A stretch of 64,000 bases of DNA from Daphnia carinata (lineage: Eukaryota), in assembly GCF_022539665.2 (NCBI RefSeq), contig NC_081333.1, positions 10,540,001 through 10,604,000 on the forward strand, read 5' to 3'. The notes beneath the pieces are model-generated. The model made no database searches. It was not told the origin of the DNA and saw only the letters and a program-made list of their open reading frames with translations. Shown one piece after another: positions 26,878 through 39,809 of the stretch; position 1 is the stretch's first letter, and every line of letters starts with the position of its first letter. The position numbers were made by a program, and so were the translations under genes.

Positions 26878-27220
26878 AACTAGTGTTACAAGAAAAAAAG
26901 TTCGTCCGAGATACAGTCAACTGATCGGAAAACTTGTAACTTCAGACTAATACCGAATCACATCACCGTTGAAAGCATATTTTTGTCTTGTCTGTTGTTT
27001 TTTTTTGTTTTGTTTTTTTTCTAGTTTTTTTTTTTTTTTTTTTTTGTTTGCTTTTTCATTATTATTATTTTGTTGGGAAGAACCCTTTTTTTAAATAAAT
27101 TTTTCCCCTTTACTCAAACCACGAAAAGAAAAATTTATTGCACTGGCACATTTTCTCTTTGATTTTCACGTGTTTTTGTCCTATATGTTGTGGTTTTTCC
27201 AACATTTAAACCGATTTCGG

Positions 27221-27302
27221 TTTGCAACCAAAAGCTGGCTGTATCCACGGATGTTCTAAATAAAATAAACAATACGAAATGGATAACTTGTACAACAATC
27301 GC
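27221..27302 (+). repeat. Left copy of an ~82-bp imperfect direct repeat flanking the palindromic element
   Basis: TGGCTGTATCCACGGATGTTCTAAATAAAATAAACAATAC...GTACAACAATCGC recurs at 29665-29748. Confidence 0.9.
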
Positions 27303-27475
27303 TACTCAACGGCTTCCAGTGCCCGCGAAGTTCCCGATAGCCTTGGAGAAAAAAAATCACAGGTTTTATTGAAAATAGAACTCTGATTTCGATTAAAGTT
27401 GTTGGTTTTCTCCATGAACGAACCGTTCTTAATTACACGATGGTTCTTTACGTTAAGTTCAAATTTTAAGAATAA

Positions 27476-29650
27476 TATGGCAATCCGTTTTACCCAAAAT
27501 AAAAATAAAAAATATTGGCCTTTTTTCTGTTTTACTGCTACCGCCATCATCGCGGTCACGTTTCTAGTTAATTCTCTACATACACTGACCGAAAAAATTT
27601 TAAGCCCGACTAAATAAGCCCGACTTTTCTCGGTCGGGTTTTAAATTTTTTTCAAAAAAAACTGACACTCATCGGAATTGGTTGAGTATCACAGGGTATA
27701 CTCAAAATTGAATGCTGATTCCGGGAAAATTGCTATTTTTAAAATTAAGCTAATCATTTTTGAAATACACGGAATATTTAACGCAAAGCTAGCGCGCCAG
27801 TACGGTACAACGCTAGCGCTATACAGCAGGAAGTCGGGTTTATATTGTCGGGCTTAAAATTTTTTTCCTATTAAAAAATAATATCATTAAATCTAGATAA
27901 CTATATATGATTCTGATTCAAAATTTAACAATGAACACGAAAATGAAATTTGTTTTTACGTAGAGTTTATTGTTTTTGAATAATCAAAGAAGTTTGATGT
28001 TTCACGCTAGCGCTGTAGCGTACTGGCGGCTAGTAATGGTTTCGATTTGCACACACACTAATTTTATATTTTGGACTACTCCAACACTATGAACTCTACG
28101 TAAAAACAAATTCCATTTTTGTTTTCCTTGGTTAATCTTGCATCAGAATCATGTATAGTTATTTAGATTTAATGATATTATTTTTGAATAGGACAATATT
28201 TTAAGCCCGACAATATAAGCCCGGCCTTCTGTTTTTCTTGTTTAATTCAAAAGCTATAAGGCCAATTAAAAAATAAACTTTATATTCGTGATTAGCATTC
28301 CATTCTTCATCGAAATCATGTATTTTAGGCCAAATTTGAAATTTGGCCAAAAATGAAAAAGTAAGAAGGCTATAGCCTTCTCACTTTTCCTATTTTCTTC
28401 AAATCCTAGATTTCGTTAGAAATACATTATTCCGATTCGAAATTTATCGCTGATCACGAAAAGGGGGTATATTTTTATATTAGGCTTCTACTTTTTGAAT
28501 TAACCGTAAAAAACAGAAGGCCGGGCTTATTTTGTCGGGCTTAAAATTTTTTCCTATAAAAAAAATAATATCATTAAATCTAGATAACTATATATGATCC
28601 TGATTCAAAATTTAACAAGGAACACGAAAATGGAATTTTTTTTTACTTAGAGTTCAAGGTTTTTTAATAATCAAAGAAGTTTGATGTGTCACACTAGCGC
28701 TGTAGCGTACTGGCGCGCTAGTAATGGTTTCGATTCGCACACACACTAATTTTAGATTTTAGATTACTCCAAAACTATATACTCTACGTAAAAACAAATT
28801 CCATTTTCGTGTTCCTTGGTTAACTTTTAATGAGAATCATGTATAGTTATCGAGATTAAATGATACTATTTTTTAATAGGAAAAATTTTTAAGCCCGAAA
28901 GATAAAGTCGGGCTTATTTTTTAACCCAACTTTTACCGTTTTTTACGTTTTATTCAAAAACCATGAGTCTAATGTGAAAACAACCATCATATTCGTGATG
29001 CCCGTTCAATTCTGCATCGAAACTATGTATTTAAAGCGAAATCTAAAATTTTGCCAAAATTGAAAAAGTAAGAAGGCTATAGCCTTCTCACTTTTCCAAT
29101 TTTCTTCAAATCCTAGATTTCATTAAAAATACATTATTCCGATTCGATATTGATCGCTGATCACGAAAATGGCGTATGCTTTTATGTCAGGCTTCTACTC
29201 TTTGAATTAACCGTAAAAAACCAGAAAATCGGGCTTATTTAGTCAGGCTTATTTTGTCGGGCTTATTTTCAAGCCAAAAATTTGGCGAAAATAGTGCACT
29301 GCTTGGAATTCTATTATAAATTACCCATTATAGTGAAAATTAAACGCTGATTTTAGGCAAATTAGTCGTGTTCTTGTCAAATCAGCTGTTTTAAAAATAT
29401 ATTAAGTATTGGGCTCTAAGAGATTGCGCCATAGCGTATTGGCGAGCTAACATTTGATACCATGGTTTCTATTTATTTAAAAATTTCTAATCTCATGAAA
29501 AATAGGAGTCAATTTTCCTGATTCTCTTTTATTTCAAATCCAATGCACATCTGCCCTTTGTTAAATTTAAAATTTTGCAAAAATGCAAAATTAATGAAAA
29601 GTCGGGCTTATTTTTTTTTGTCGGACTTATTTTTAAGCCCAAAAATTTGA
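27476..29650. mobile_element. Non-coding modular foldback/MITE-like element, copy 1; boundaries approximate
   Basis: Chained 300-400 bp imperfect palindromes bounded by AAGCCCGAC/GTCGGGCTT motifs. An ~707-bp unit is tandemly duplicated. Modules are shared with 51600-53732. No transposase ORF. Confidence 0.75.
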
Positions 29651-29664
29651 TGAAAAAGTATCAT

Positions 29665-29748
29665 TTTGCCACCAACAGATGGCTGTATCCAAGGATGTTC
29701 TAAATAAATAAACAATACCGATGTGGATAACCAAGTACAACAATCGCC
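29665..29748 (+). repeat. Right copy of the ~82-bp direct repeat, ending about 40 bp upstream of the LRR gene ATG
   Basis: Near-identical to 27221-27302. Confidence 0.9.
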
Positions 29749-29787
29749 ATTCGTCACCATGTGACCCATTTTCTATAAAAGAAGAAA

Positions 29788-31374
29788 ATGCTGAACTTAA
29801 AACAGCCTTTAACTTTAGTAACGTGTGCCTCCGATTGCCTTATTGAATTAGTGCTGTTTTGGAATTCGCATCAACTTGATATTCAATCCTTCACAATTTT
29901 ACGAGAATACCTTTTATCTATTCCCAACAACCTGTTCGACCAGTGGGCGGAGAAGCTAATGTTAAGGTTAGGTAGATTGCAACGTAATTCAGATGCCCTT
30001 TTTCTTATTTTTAGTTCTGCCTTAACACGAATGGATATTGATCATTTTCCCACTCTGCCTGTAAATGTGAATAGACTTTGTGATGGCTTTAGATTTACCA
30101 CAAATCTAAGGTACTTGTGCTGTCGCTATGCCCCTTTTTTTTGGTCTCCATCAGATTTATTGATGCTTCAAAAATCAGTAGGTCATTTCACAAATCTTCA
30201 AAGGTTAGTCATATGTAATATAGATCTTATGGAGAGCCCCTCGTTTCTGGAGACTGTTGGAAACCAACTCAGCAGCCTAAAAGAACTTGACATCAGTTAT
30301 GGGAAAATACCAGCAGACAGTTACAAAAAAATAGGTGACAATTTTTTACATCTTGAAGTCCTAAGGATAAAACAACATTCAGAAGAATTTCGTACCATCA
30401 CCCGTAAACATGCAATACAACTACTTGTTTGTTTATTGAAGCTAAAGATTTTGGATGATGATTCAACTGCATGGGTAAATTAGTTTAACTTTGATAAATT
30501 TTTCAATTGTCTAATGAGTAGTACTAATGTACCTTTTACACAGAGCTGTGTTCTACCAGCCTTAACACAACTCAGCAAAGAAATGTACTCTCATTTATGT
30601 GCCTCCATAGAGCATCTTACCATCTACCAATGCTCAGAAGTAAACATAAAATTTACCAAAAAGGTTGTGAGTGTGTGCCTAGATACCAAAGTCTTCAGAG
30701 AGTCGCCGGAACATAACGTAACAAGTGTAAGCACTTGGCTATGCAACAATTTTCCCGGACTCCTGTCAATCAACCTTCGCCTAGAAAATGTTTTGTTTAC
30801 CACAATTGCAAATTTTTTACAAAGTAAAAGCATGGGATGGAAAATTCATTCCATTTTCCTCTCCAAAATTCCTCTCAATGTAACGCATTTCCAAATTATT
30901 GGAAAATATGCTCCTAATCTTAAAAAGTTGGAAATACTGAACCAAGTAATTTTGGATGTATCAACCAATAATCAACACATCGCTGCAGATGATGTTGGCC
31001 GTTTAGCCCGGCCATATTTTCGTCATCTTACACATCTCTCTTTTACTGGAGCCTGGACGGAAAATATTGTCTGCGTTCTATTGAATAACTGTGTTTTCTT
31101 GCAAGACCTCATTCTAAAACCAAATGTTTTACCGGTGACATTTCTCAAGCACAATCCTCTTTCATATTTACAGCGACTCATCCTTGATAGGTCGCATTTG
31201 GTTTGGAACGAATGTGATCTAGAGTTGAATTTTCTTCGATATGTCCTTAAATCAGCATCAAACTCCCTTAGAGAACTTGGCCTTAAATCTAGGCCTCCCA
31301 TAGAATGGGATAGTCTTCTTCAGCAGTTAAAACTGGAAAATTGTGATTTTCAAATATTGCGACCCATTGTTTAA
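29788..31374 (+). CDS. Leucine-rich-repeat protein with N-terminal BC-box/Cul2-box-like motif (2 exons: 29788-30474, 30544-31374)
   Basis: Two long ORFs are joined in frame by TGG|gtaaat...acacag|AGC. LxxLxL repeats occur throughout (NLQRLVI, SLKELDIS, HLEVLRI, NLKKLEI, HLTHLSF, YLQRLIL). The N-terminus has PLTLVTCASDCL and IPNNLFDQW. Confidence 0.8.
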
Positions 31375-32467
31375 AGTTCGTGCCTCAGGTTCCAAAGATT
31401 CATTTATCCCAACCTATAAGTAAAAATTGCCACAATTACTATAGTAACCCATTTTCGAGCATGTCATAAAACAATTATTAGTTAAACAGAAAAGTTTCAA
31501 AAATGCTGAATTTCTTACATTCCGGTGACTAAGTTTCCGAAGTTTTTTTGGCTTATTTTTTTAATAGCCCGTTGTAACTGCATAATAGAAAACATAATGC
31601 TTTGCATAATAAACGATTATTATACATTTGTCTATGTCTCACTTCGTTCTAATACTGACTTATTTCAGACCAAACGACGTGTATTGTAGCTGATGTACAT
31701 ACAGTAGAAATAAAGTCGATTTGAGACTCAAGACGAATAAGGAAATAACCAATTCGAGACCGATAGGAAAACATTCCTTAAGAAAACACAAGATCGCATG
31801 AGGTTTGGAGTATAAAGGTAAAATCGGCGGTAAGAGAGAATACAAGGAACCTATCAGGAATTGGCATGTCCCACTTCCTCGGAACAAAGGCTGTAAAAAT
31901 GAGAAATCGCGACGTACAGAAAAAAAAAGAAAAACGCTTAGAATACTTCGCCGTCTCGATTTCCGTTCGGTCTACACGTGCACACTACATAACTGCCGCC
32001 ATTTAGAAGGTGAGTGGATGCTGATAATAATTTCCGCGAGATTGACAAGTAAAAAAAGAAACAGACAATCTCCAATAACCAATAAGGATAAAGGAGTCGG
32101 ACATGATTAGTTTGCGCTAGGGATAATAAAACCATATAGTTTCGTACATAGTAGACATGGCTCGCGTATATGTTTAATGATACCGCGAAGTAATAGAGCT
32201 GGAAATTGGTACCAAAGAAACTGTCATCTTATCTGACGGAGGTTTTCACACTCCCCTGCCATATTTTCCTGCAACTCCTAAATGTAGTGGTATCTGTTTA
32301 CCCTAATGAGAAATGCAGTTAGGATAGCAACTGCTTTGTTTCTCTTTCAATGACTTCAATAACACGTGTATGGAGGAAAACAAATTCATTTTTAAAAAAT
32401 CCACATAAATAGATTCCGCCAGTGCTAATCCCCCCTTTTTTTGCTTTCATTTCTGCACGTCTAATCA

Positions 32468-34907
32468 CTAGTAAAAATCAGACGACTCAAGCGTTTTGCA
32501 TGACTTACTCAACGTGGGATACTGGCCATTATTGGGACCCAACAGAAGTGGTGGGGCTGAGGGTTGCTCATGACGGTTATGACTTCCACGTCCATTCCTA
32601 TCAATCGAAAATGCCATTACCATAATGACAATATAAACAATTGTACATACACATGTAGCGAATGGATTCTTACATGGTTCCCGGGAAAGGCGGCGTCTGT
32701 GGTGGAGTGTGTGTATGACGATAATGTGCGTGACGTCCAGGATACGTTCCAGCTGACGAATATGTTTGCGGAGGATTTAGCGATGGTCGGTTTAGACTGC
32801 CACCTTGGGCACCACGGCTGCTACTGCCAGCGCTACTAGATAGAGGAAGGAACGGATCTGCTTCGGCTACTTGTAAATAACCCTTACTGTAAATGGAAAG
32901 ATAAAAAAATACTGCTAAGTAACGTAAAAGTTTGTAACCTTCTGTTTTAATCTCACCGTTTCCTTAGATAAATCCAAACGTGAGAATCTACCCAGACCAA
33001 AATTGTAAATAGCAATCCAGCGGCCAATGCACTTGCCAACATAAAGGTTAGTCCAAATCTATTTTTTTTTTTTTAAGTTAAAAAAAAAAAAGTCCGTTTT
33101 ATATCATACCGATAGGAAGAAGACCCAAAACGAACAATGCGAAACTTAACATGACGTAAATATATAGAGTAAAAAAGATGATTTACAAAGCTTTGTTGCA
33201 GACGACATCGAGTAAATCCAAATATCGCCGATGAAGCGGCGCACAATCCACTAAACCGGCCAGAGTAGCCAAGTTTTGGGTTGCGGTTTTCAAAGATCTG
33301 GTAAGCTTGTCGAGTGAAGGCTGAACCTAATATTATAAAAAAAAAATATATATACATAAATAAAAAGAAAACAAAAATAAAATTGTAGAGGAAAGGATCG
33401 AAAAGAATAGTAACTTACGTCTTTTGGCGAATAGTGCATTTCGGCGAGAGCGGCAAACTCGGCAACTAGCTGTTCGCTTTTTTCGATATTTAAGCGGGCC
33501 TGGCGCACAAAATTGTTGAAAGGGCCACTCTCTTTGACTGCACCGTCAACCGGGCAGTGAATATAGTAATCGGCGACATCTATGCCATATTGATTGGCAA
33601 TTAGGCGCTCGATAACACCAGCGGGATCGACACATGCATCCCCCATACCCTTAAAGACGACTGTAATTAGATTCTCCAACCAGTAATAAGGCAAACTTGG
33701 CAGAAAGACTTACAATGGCTACAGCGACATAGACTGAAGCGGTACACCAGCTGATGATAATCATTAGCAGGCCCAAAACGGCAAACCTGGAAAGTAAAGA
33801 AATTCGGCGTAATATCGGGAAAAAAAAGCCAAGATGTTCAAACTTAAGGGAAAATGTACAGAATTATTTACATGACAAGTAGGCAGCGTATGCGGCGAAC
33901 GACTCCGAAAATCAGAATCAAGCAAAGCAAGATGAAGGCGCTGAGCAGGCCCATGGTAATCGGCCATCTAATTATTTCAGCCATTATGTAAAATAAAATA
34001 AAATGTTTTTAAAACTTTAGGTGACGGTTACAAGGACTCTCAACCCACCTATACACTTCGATGGCATCAAAAACTCTAAGGAATGGTGGCAGAGGAGACG
34101 GCGGCAATAAACGTTCGTAAAGCAGAGTCATATCATCGATGGAACGATTTATGTTTGCCGTGGTTCCATGTAACAGCTCCAATGCCAGACGCTGAATAGT
34201 AGCGTTCGGTAGGAGCTTACCATCGTCCACAACTTCTGTTAGACGATCGGCTAATGGGAAACTTTGAGTTTCTAGATTTAATTTTAGCGAATGACTCTAA
34301 TAAAAAAAAAAACCATTAACAACTAATCAACCATGGCGACAAACACAAGAAGAAAAAAAAAATGTTTATACATTATCCTTGACGGCGTCAATATTGTGCT
34401 GAACGGCACGCAACGTAGTACTAAATCGCAAGAAAGCATTGTGTACATCGTCATTCCCGTAAAGACCGATCGCTACGGTAGCGCTGAGAATAACAAGAAG
34501 GAGTAATGTATACGTTTGCAAACAACGGTAGATCAAATAAGAAAGTTTCTAATAAATAGTCGTGGGTTACCTGCAAATAAATGCCGTCACGCCGAGAACC
34601 CAACGATGGCAGTAAAGACTTCTACCCTGTCTGAGCTGTTTGTCACAACAGCGAGAAAGCAAATATGATAGCAAAACCAATAGAGTCAAGAGCAGCCATA
34701 CAGCTGGAACACTAGCTGCAACTCCCAATGACTAAAGGAAAACATTTAATGAAATTTGGAATGCTACAAGAGGCTTAAAGTACATACCTCTAAGTAGATA
34801 TTGCTCCTGGGGTTAAAGGTACTGTTCACTAATTGAAAAGTAATATTCACATGGGGCAGTGAGTGATAAAACGAGGCCAGCAAAGATGGAACATAATCTT
34901 CATCCAT
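32468..34907 (-). CDS. tty: Protein tweety (TTYH family), multi-exon
   Basis: MDEDYVPSLLASFYHSLPHVNITF, YLE|SLGVAASVP, IGLYGNDDVH, GMGDACVDP, YYIHC, HTPPQTPP and C-terminus GPNNGQYPTLSKSCKTLESSDFY*. Confidence 0.92.
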
Positions 34908-35751
34908 GTTTAAAAGCTCTGATGTACCCTCCTAAGCATTACATCCCCTGTTAAAACGAAATATACAAAGCATCAGTATGGCTACCAGGTTCTCACAATT
35001 AATAAATGACAGACAATCTCAACTGATATTTTCACCATTAGCAGGCAATTTGTAAATGATAGGGAAAAAAAGAAGTGGGGGACTTTGTTTATGTTTACAT
35101 TTGATACAAGCAACAACAATGATACAGTGGATCAATGGCTTTGTGCCAACCATACTGCATATGGTTTTTGAGGTAATGCCATTAATCGAATTTCGTCGTC
35201 TTACAATGACAGACTACAAATTCTGCGACAAATTATACCACGTAGGGGAAAAAGTAATAAATAGTGACATAACTGAAGTTTAGAATATTTGTGCAGATGT
35301 ATATTAGTTAGGAACTTCAGAATCGAAGACCCGACTGTATCTAAGCTTCTCTCTGTGATTTGTAAAGCTAGTATCATCCCTATATTGAGACATTTCAGAA
35401 TTTTACTTACATTTTGAATTTGTTCGATAGATGAAACTATCTTAAATTCATCGCTGTCGATCAATTGGTATGGGCTAAGTGCCTAAATTAGTAACAAATA
35501 TAGTGCCAAACCCAGCGGGCTGTTAGAACTCGGACGCCATGAGCTCTAATAATAAGGATAGGCGACGTTGCCACGACAAAAACAAATAAATATTTCAAAA
35601 AATGAGTCGAAATTTACAGTGATGTCAATGTCTATGAAGGAATAACGACGTGATCAACAATAGTCGTTTATTTGAAATAATACGGAGAACGAACGAAAAT
35701 ACATTCATCATTACCAAATTTTGTCATGTTATTTTTATTCCGCTACACTCT

Positions 35752-36928
35752 TCAGGAGAATGGATCGTGATTGAAATTTTTATCCTCCAGAGGTTGCTCT
35801 AGACAAGCCTGAAAATATATTTTAACAAAGAAGTAATTTGATTTTTCCCCACAAACCATGTTTTGAATGAAGTCCAAATGAAACCAAAAGAAAAAATGGT
35901 TATCGGAACTTCATATTAATGTTATTACTATGAGGTTACATTTGAAAACTGCTGCCTTGTCCCTTGGTTAACTATCAACTCCTCAACTTTCATGTGTTCT
36001 TCTTGACTTAGGTCACTGGTCATAATGACTGTATCAATTTTTTTGGTATCAATTGGGGGATCAGAAGAAAACAATCTATCCCACCAACGTTCTTCTTTTT
36101 TCTCCAGATTGACCTAGAATTAAGATTTGAAATAAATTTGAAAACTTTATACTTTCAAAATTCTTGCTACCTGAACATGTTCTCCATCAAAGCTCCATAG
36201 ACACTCATCTGGTATAACTCTGTGTGGGAATGTTTGGTCTATTAAAACACAGCTTCCCTCCTGTCCAACAGTTGCAACTTGGAGATGGAGAGGATCAATT
36301 TTCACATTGACTTGTTTAGCTTTTTGGATGTCCTTTGTGACTGGAATGAAAACATCAATGTCACCTAGGGTTTGACTCCACCTTGCAAAAATAGCTTTTA
36401 CAGAATATTTTTCATACTAGAGTTTAACAATGCATACCTGTAGGTTCCCCGATCATCTCCATTATACACTTCCCTAACATTTTTTTCTTCATTTACCTCC
36501 ATTTTTCTCAAGGCACCATTACTTGTTTCGACTATTAATGGTTCAGGTGTATCTGCTTCAATACCCAACACAACCTCTTGACAGGCTGAAGGGACATCAC
36601 TGTCATTCGATGCCATATTCCCTAGTACAGCAGCCTGTTTCTCGTAATGAGTCTGATTTTCATATCTTTGGAACAATTTCTGTACAATGTCCTTAGCTAC
36701 ACCACCTGGAAACCCAACTTTTCCAGAAGAATCATTTTGATGCTGAAAGAAGTCTGTGCTAGAATTGCAAAGGCACAGTATTTCAAGTACGCGACTAAAT
36801 GCAAATTGTTCAGTATGTTATCAATACCATCTGTAAAGGAATCCAAAGACAGAATCGAGAAACGTGACTATACTACGTTCTTCCTTTAAAATTTCGAGAA
36901 ACAATCGGTCGTGCTTATTGCTCTGCAT
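35752..36928 (-). CDS. NUDCD3: NudC domain-containing protein 3 (last exon uncertain; alternative in-frame stop near 35927)
   Basis: N-terminus HDRLFLEILKEERSIVTFLDSVFGFLYR|TDFF, GFPGGVA, YNG..RGTY|RWSQTLGDIDVFIPV (CS domain), LEKKEERWW and PPIDTKKID. Confidence 0.85.
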
Positions 36929-37679
36929 TTTACAGCCAACAAATTGAAAATGAAGATGGGCAAGCTAAAGTTAAAATATTTGCTTTAAGGCCAGTTCAAA
37001 CAATCAAGAATTTGAAAAGCTTGTTTTAAAAAGTTTTCGCCGCCGCACCGTGGTGGACTGTGTATATCGTGTGTTTGGAACGTGAATCAGTACAGCGTGG
37101 AAATAACGTTGGAAATAGGCGGAGTCTTCAACGATGGAAATTGTTAGAGGGAAGGATATTTCGAAGAAGAAAATGATTACTTCACGCTCTAACGATCCGT
37201 GCAAATAATCAAATATTGGTTCCAACTGGAAATCCTATTATAGAATATTGATAAAAGCGTAAATCATGATCAACCGGGCTAACAATAAGTGCATCACGTT
37301 CTGTTATTTACACCTAGCCTAAAAAAAAAGAGACGCAAATACACCTATTCAAGTACGTTATAACCACCGTCTTCGTCCTTTCGGTGATTTTCAAACAATA
37401 TCTGGTATAACGTTCCATGCTTCGCTGCTTCCATAACATGGTATTTAGTTATTTATACGCTCTTTGTTAAGCTCTTCCCATTAGAGGAGAGAAAAGCCAT
37501 TCCAGATTCCACCTTCCATGATCGTTTTCCACGATACACTGGTACACGATACGCATATACGATTTACCGGGTATTGGCAGCAAAAAAGACTTGTCCTGAA
37601 CTGTACAGTCAGATACCTTTTCCGGCTTCACAGCTGAATAATACAGCGACTTCGAGCAGAAAAGACCTTAAGTTTTACC

Positions 37680-39809
37680 ATGGCTAACTCGATGCATCTT
37701 ATTCCCAGCTACATTTCAAGGTCGACCTTGAATTCGAGAGGAATGAAAGTGGGTCTAGTGAAGTCCGTGGAGCAGTTGTTGAGTAGATGTTCTTTTGTCT
37801 TGGCGACTACAGCCCAGAGAACGGTATTCGAATGCTTTTTCATTTTTTGGTCTAGAAATTTTTACACATTATAACATTTTTTTGTTTTTATCACAGATGG
37901 CTAGTGGTTATCGAACTGAAGCAGATACATTTGGGGAACTACAAGTTCCAAATGACAAATACTATGGAGCACAAACTGTTCGTTCAACTATGAATTTTCC
38001 AATTGGTGGAGAATCTGAAAAGATGCCTGTAAGCACCATATCATGTGCTGAAATATGTATTCCTACAGCAATATTTTCTTTCAATTTCATCTAGTTGCCA
38101 GTAATCAAAGCATTTGGAGTACTAAAGAAAGCAGCAGCAGAAGTCAACCAGGATTATGGGCTGGATCCCAAAATTGCCGCTTCAATAAGTCAAGCTTGTG
38201 ATGAGGTATTCAGAGCTCCATATCTTTCACAGTTAATTGGGGAAAAATATGTAAGCAAATTGTGTAATTCTTCCTTGTTTATTAGGTTATAAGTGGATCT
38301 TTGTATGCTGAGCATTTTCCATTAGTTATTTGGCAAACGGGTTCAGGAACACAGTCAAATATGAATGTCAATGAAGTTATTAGCAATCGTGCAATTGAAA
38401 TTTTGGGTGGTGTTTTGGGTAGCAAAAAACCTGTTCATCCAAATGATCATGTTAACAAAAGCCAGGTTTTTAAACAATTTATTTTGTTTATGTTTCTAGT
38501 TTACTTGAATCATATTTTATGAATAATAGAGTTCCAATGACACATATCCCACTGCCATGCACATTGCAGTTGCAGTTGAAGTGACAAGCAGTTTATTGCC
38601 CAGTCTTGAAAAACTTCACGACGCAATTGATGCAAAGGCCAAGGAATTTCAAGATATCATAAAAATTGGTCGTACACATACTCAGGTACGTTCCTGTTGG
38701 TCAAACGTGAAGATGTATTTTAGTGTAATAAATGTTTTTTTTTTTTAATTTGTTTGTAGGATGCAACACCTTTGACTTTAGGCCAAGAATTTAGTGGATA
38801 TGCTCAACAAATCGCATTCGCGATCGAGCGTGTCAAAGCTTCACTTCCACATGTGTATATGCTGGCAGCTGGTGGCACCGCTGTTGGAACTGGGTTGAAT
38901 ACGCGAATCGGCTTTGCTGAAAAAGTCGCCGCTCGAGTTTCTGAACTTACAGGTAACTAGAGGGTGTCCACTACTTTATGCACGCTTTCCTTATGCGTAA
39001 AAATGCTCTAGGATTGCCTTTCGTCACGGCACCAAACAAATTTGAAGCCCTTGCTTCTCATGATGCCCTTGTTCAGATGTCAGGATCTTTGAACACGGTA
39101 GCCGTTAGCCTCATGAAAATTGCCAATGATATTCGATTTTTGGCTTCTGGACCTCGCTGTGGATTGGGGGAATTATCACTGCCTGAAAACGAACCGGGTT
39201 CCTCTATTATGCCAGGTAACATTGAAGGGGTGTACTCTACTCATAGAAAGCAACGTTTTTGTACAGAGCTAAAAAGCATCAATTCTCATACGTTATTATT
39301 TTACTTTGCGGTTATTATAGGAAAAGTGAATCCCACGCAGTGTGAAGCCATAACCATGGTTGCAGCACAGGTAATGGGTAACCACGTGGCGGTAACGATT
39401 GGTGGAAGCAACGGACATTTCGAACTAAACGTTTTCAAGCCGATGATCGTTTCTAATGTACTCCGATCCATTCGGTTGTTGTCCGACAGCTGTAACGCGT
39501 TTACAAAGAATTGCGTTGTCGGAATTGAAGCCAATCGTGATCGCATTAATAAGCTATTACATGAATCGCTGATGCTTGTTACAGCCCTGAATCCACACAT
39601 CGGTTATGACAAGGTTATATTTCGCATGAGACAGGTTCATTGATGAACATTGATTTATATTGTGTTCTATTTTACAGGCTGCTAAAATAGCCAAAACAGC
39701 GCATAAAGAAGGCTCCACGCTGAAGGAAACTGCCCTCAAACTTGGTTATTTGACGGAGGAGCAGTTCAATGAATGGGTAAAACCTGAGGATATGCTGGGA
39801 CCCAAATAA
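37680..39809 (+). CDS. FH: Fumarate hydratase class II with N-terminal mitochondrial presequence exon
   Basis: [65 protein letters not shown], signature [15 protein letters not shown] and [12 protein letters not shown]. Confidence 0.98.

Noticed and set aside
27588..29650. CRISPR-like array (recurrent AAGCCCGAC and palindromes)
   Set aside because: Eukaryotic context, motifs in both orientations, irregular spacing, intervening sequences are themselves repeats, and no cas genes.
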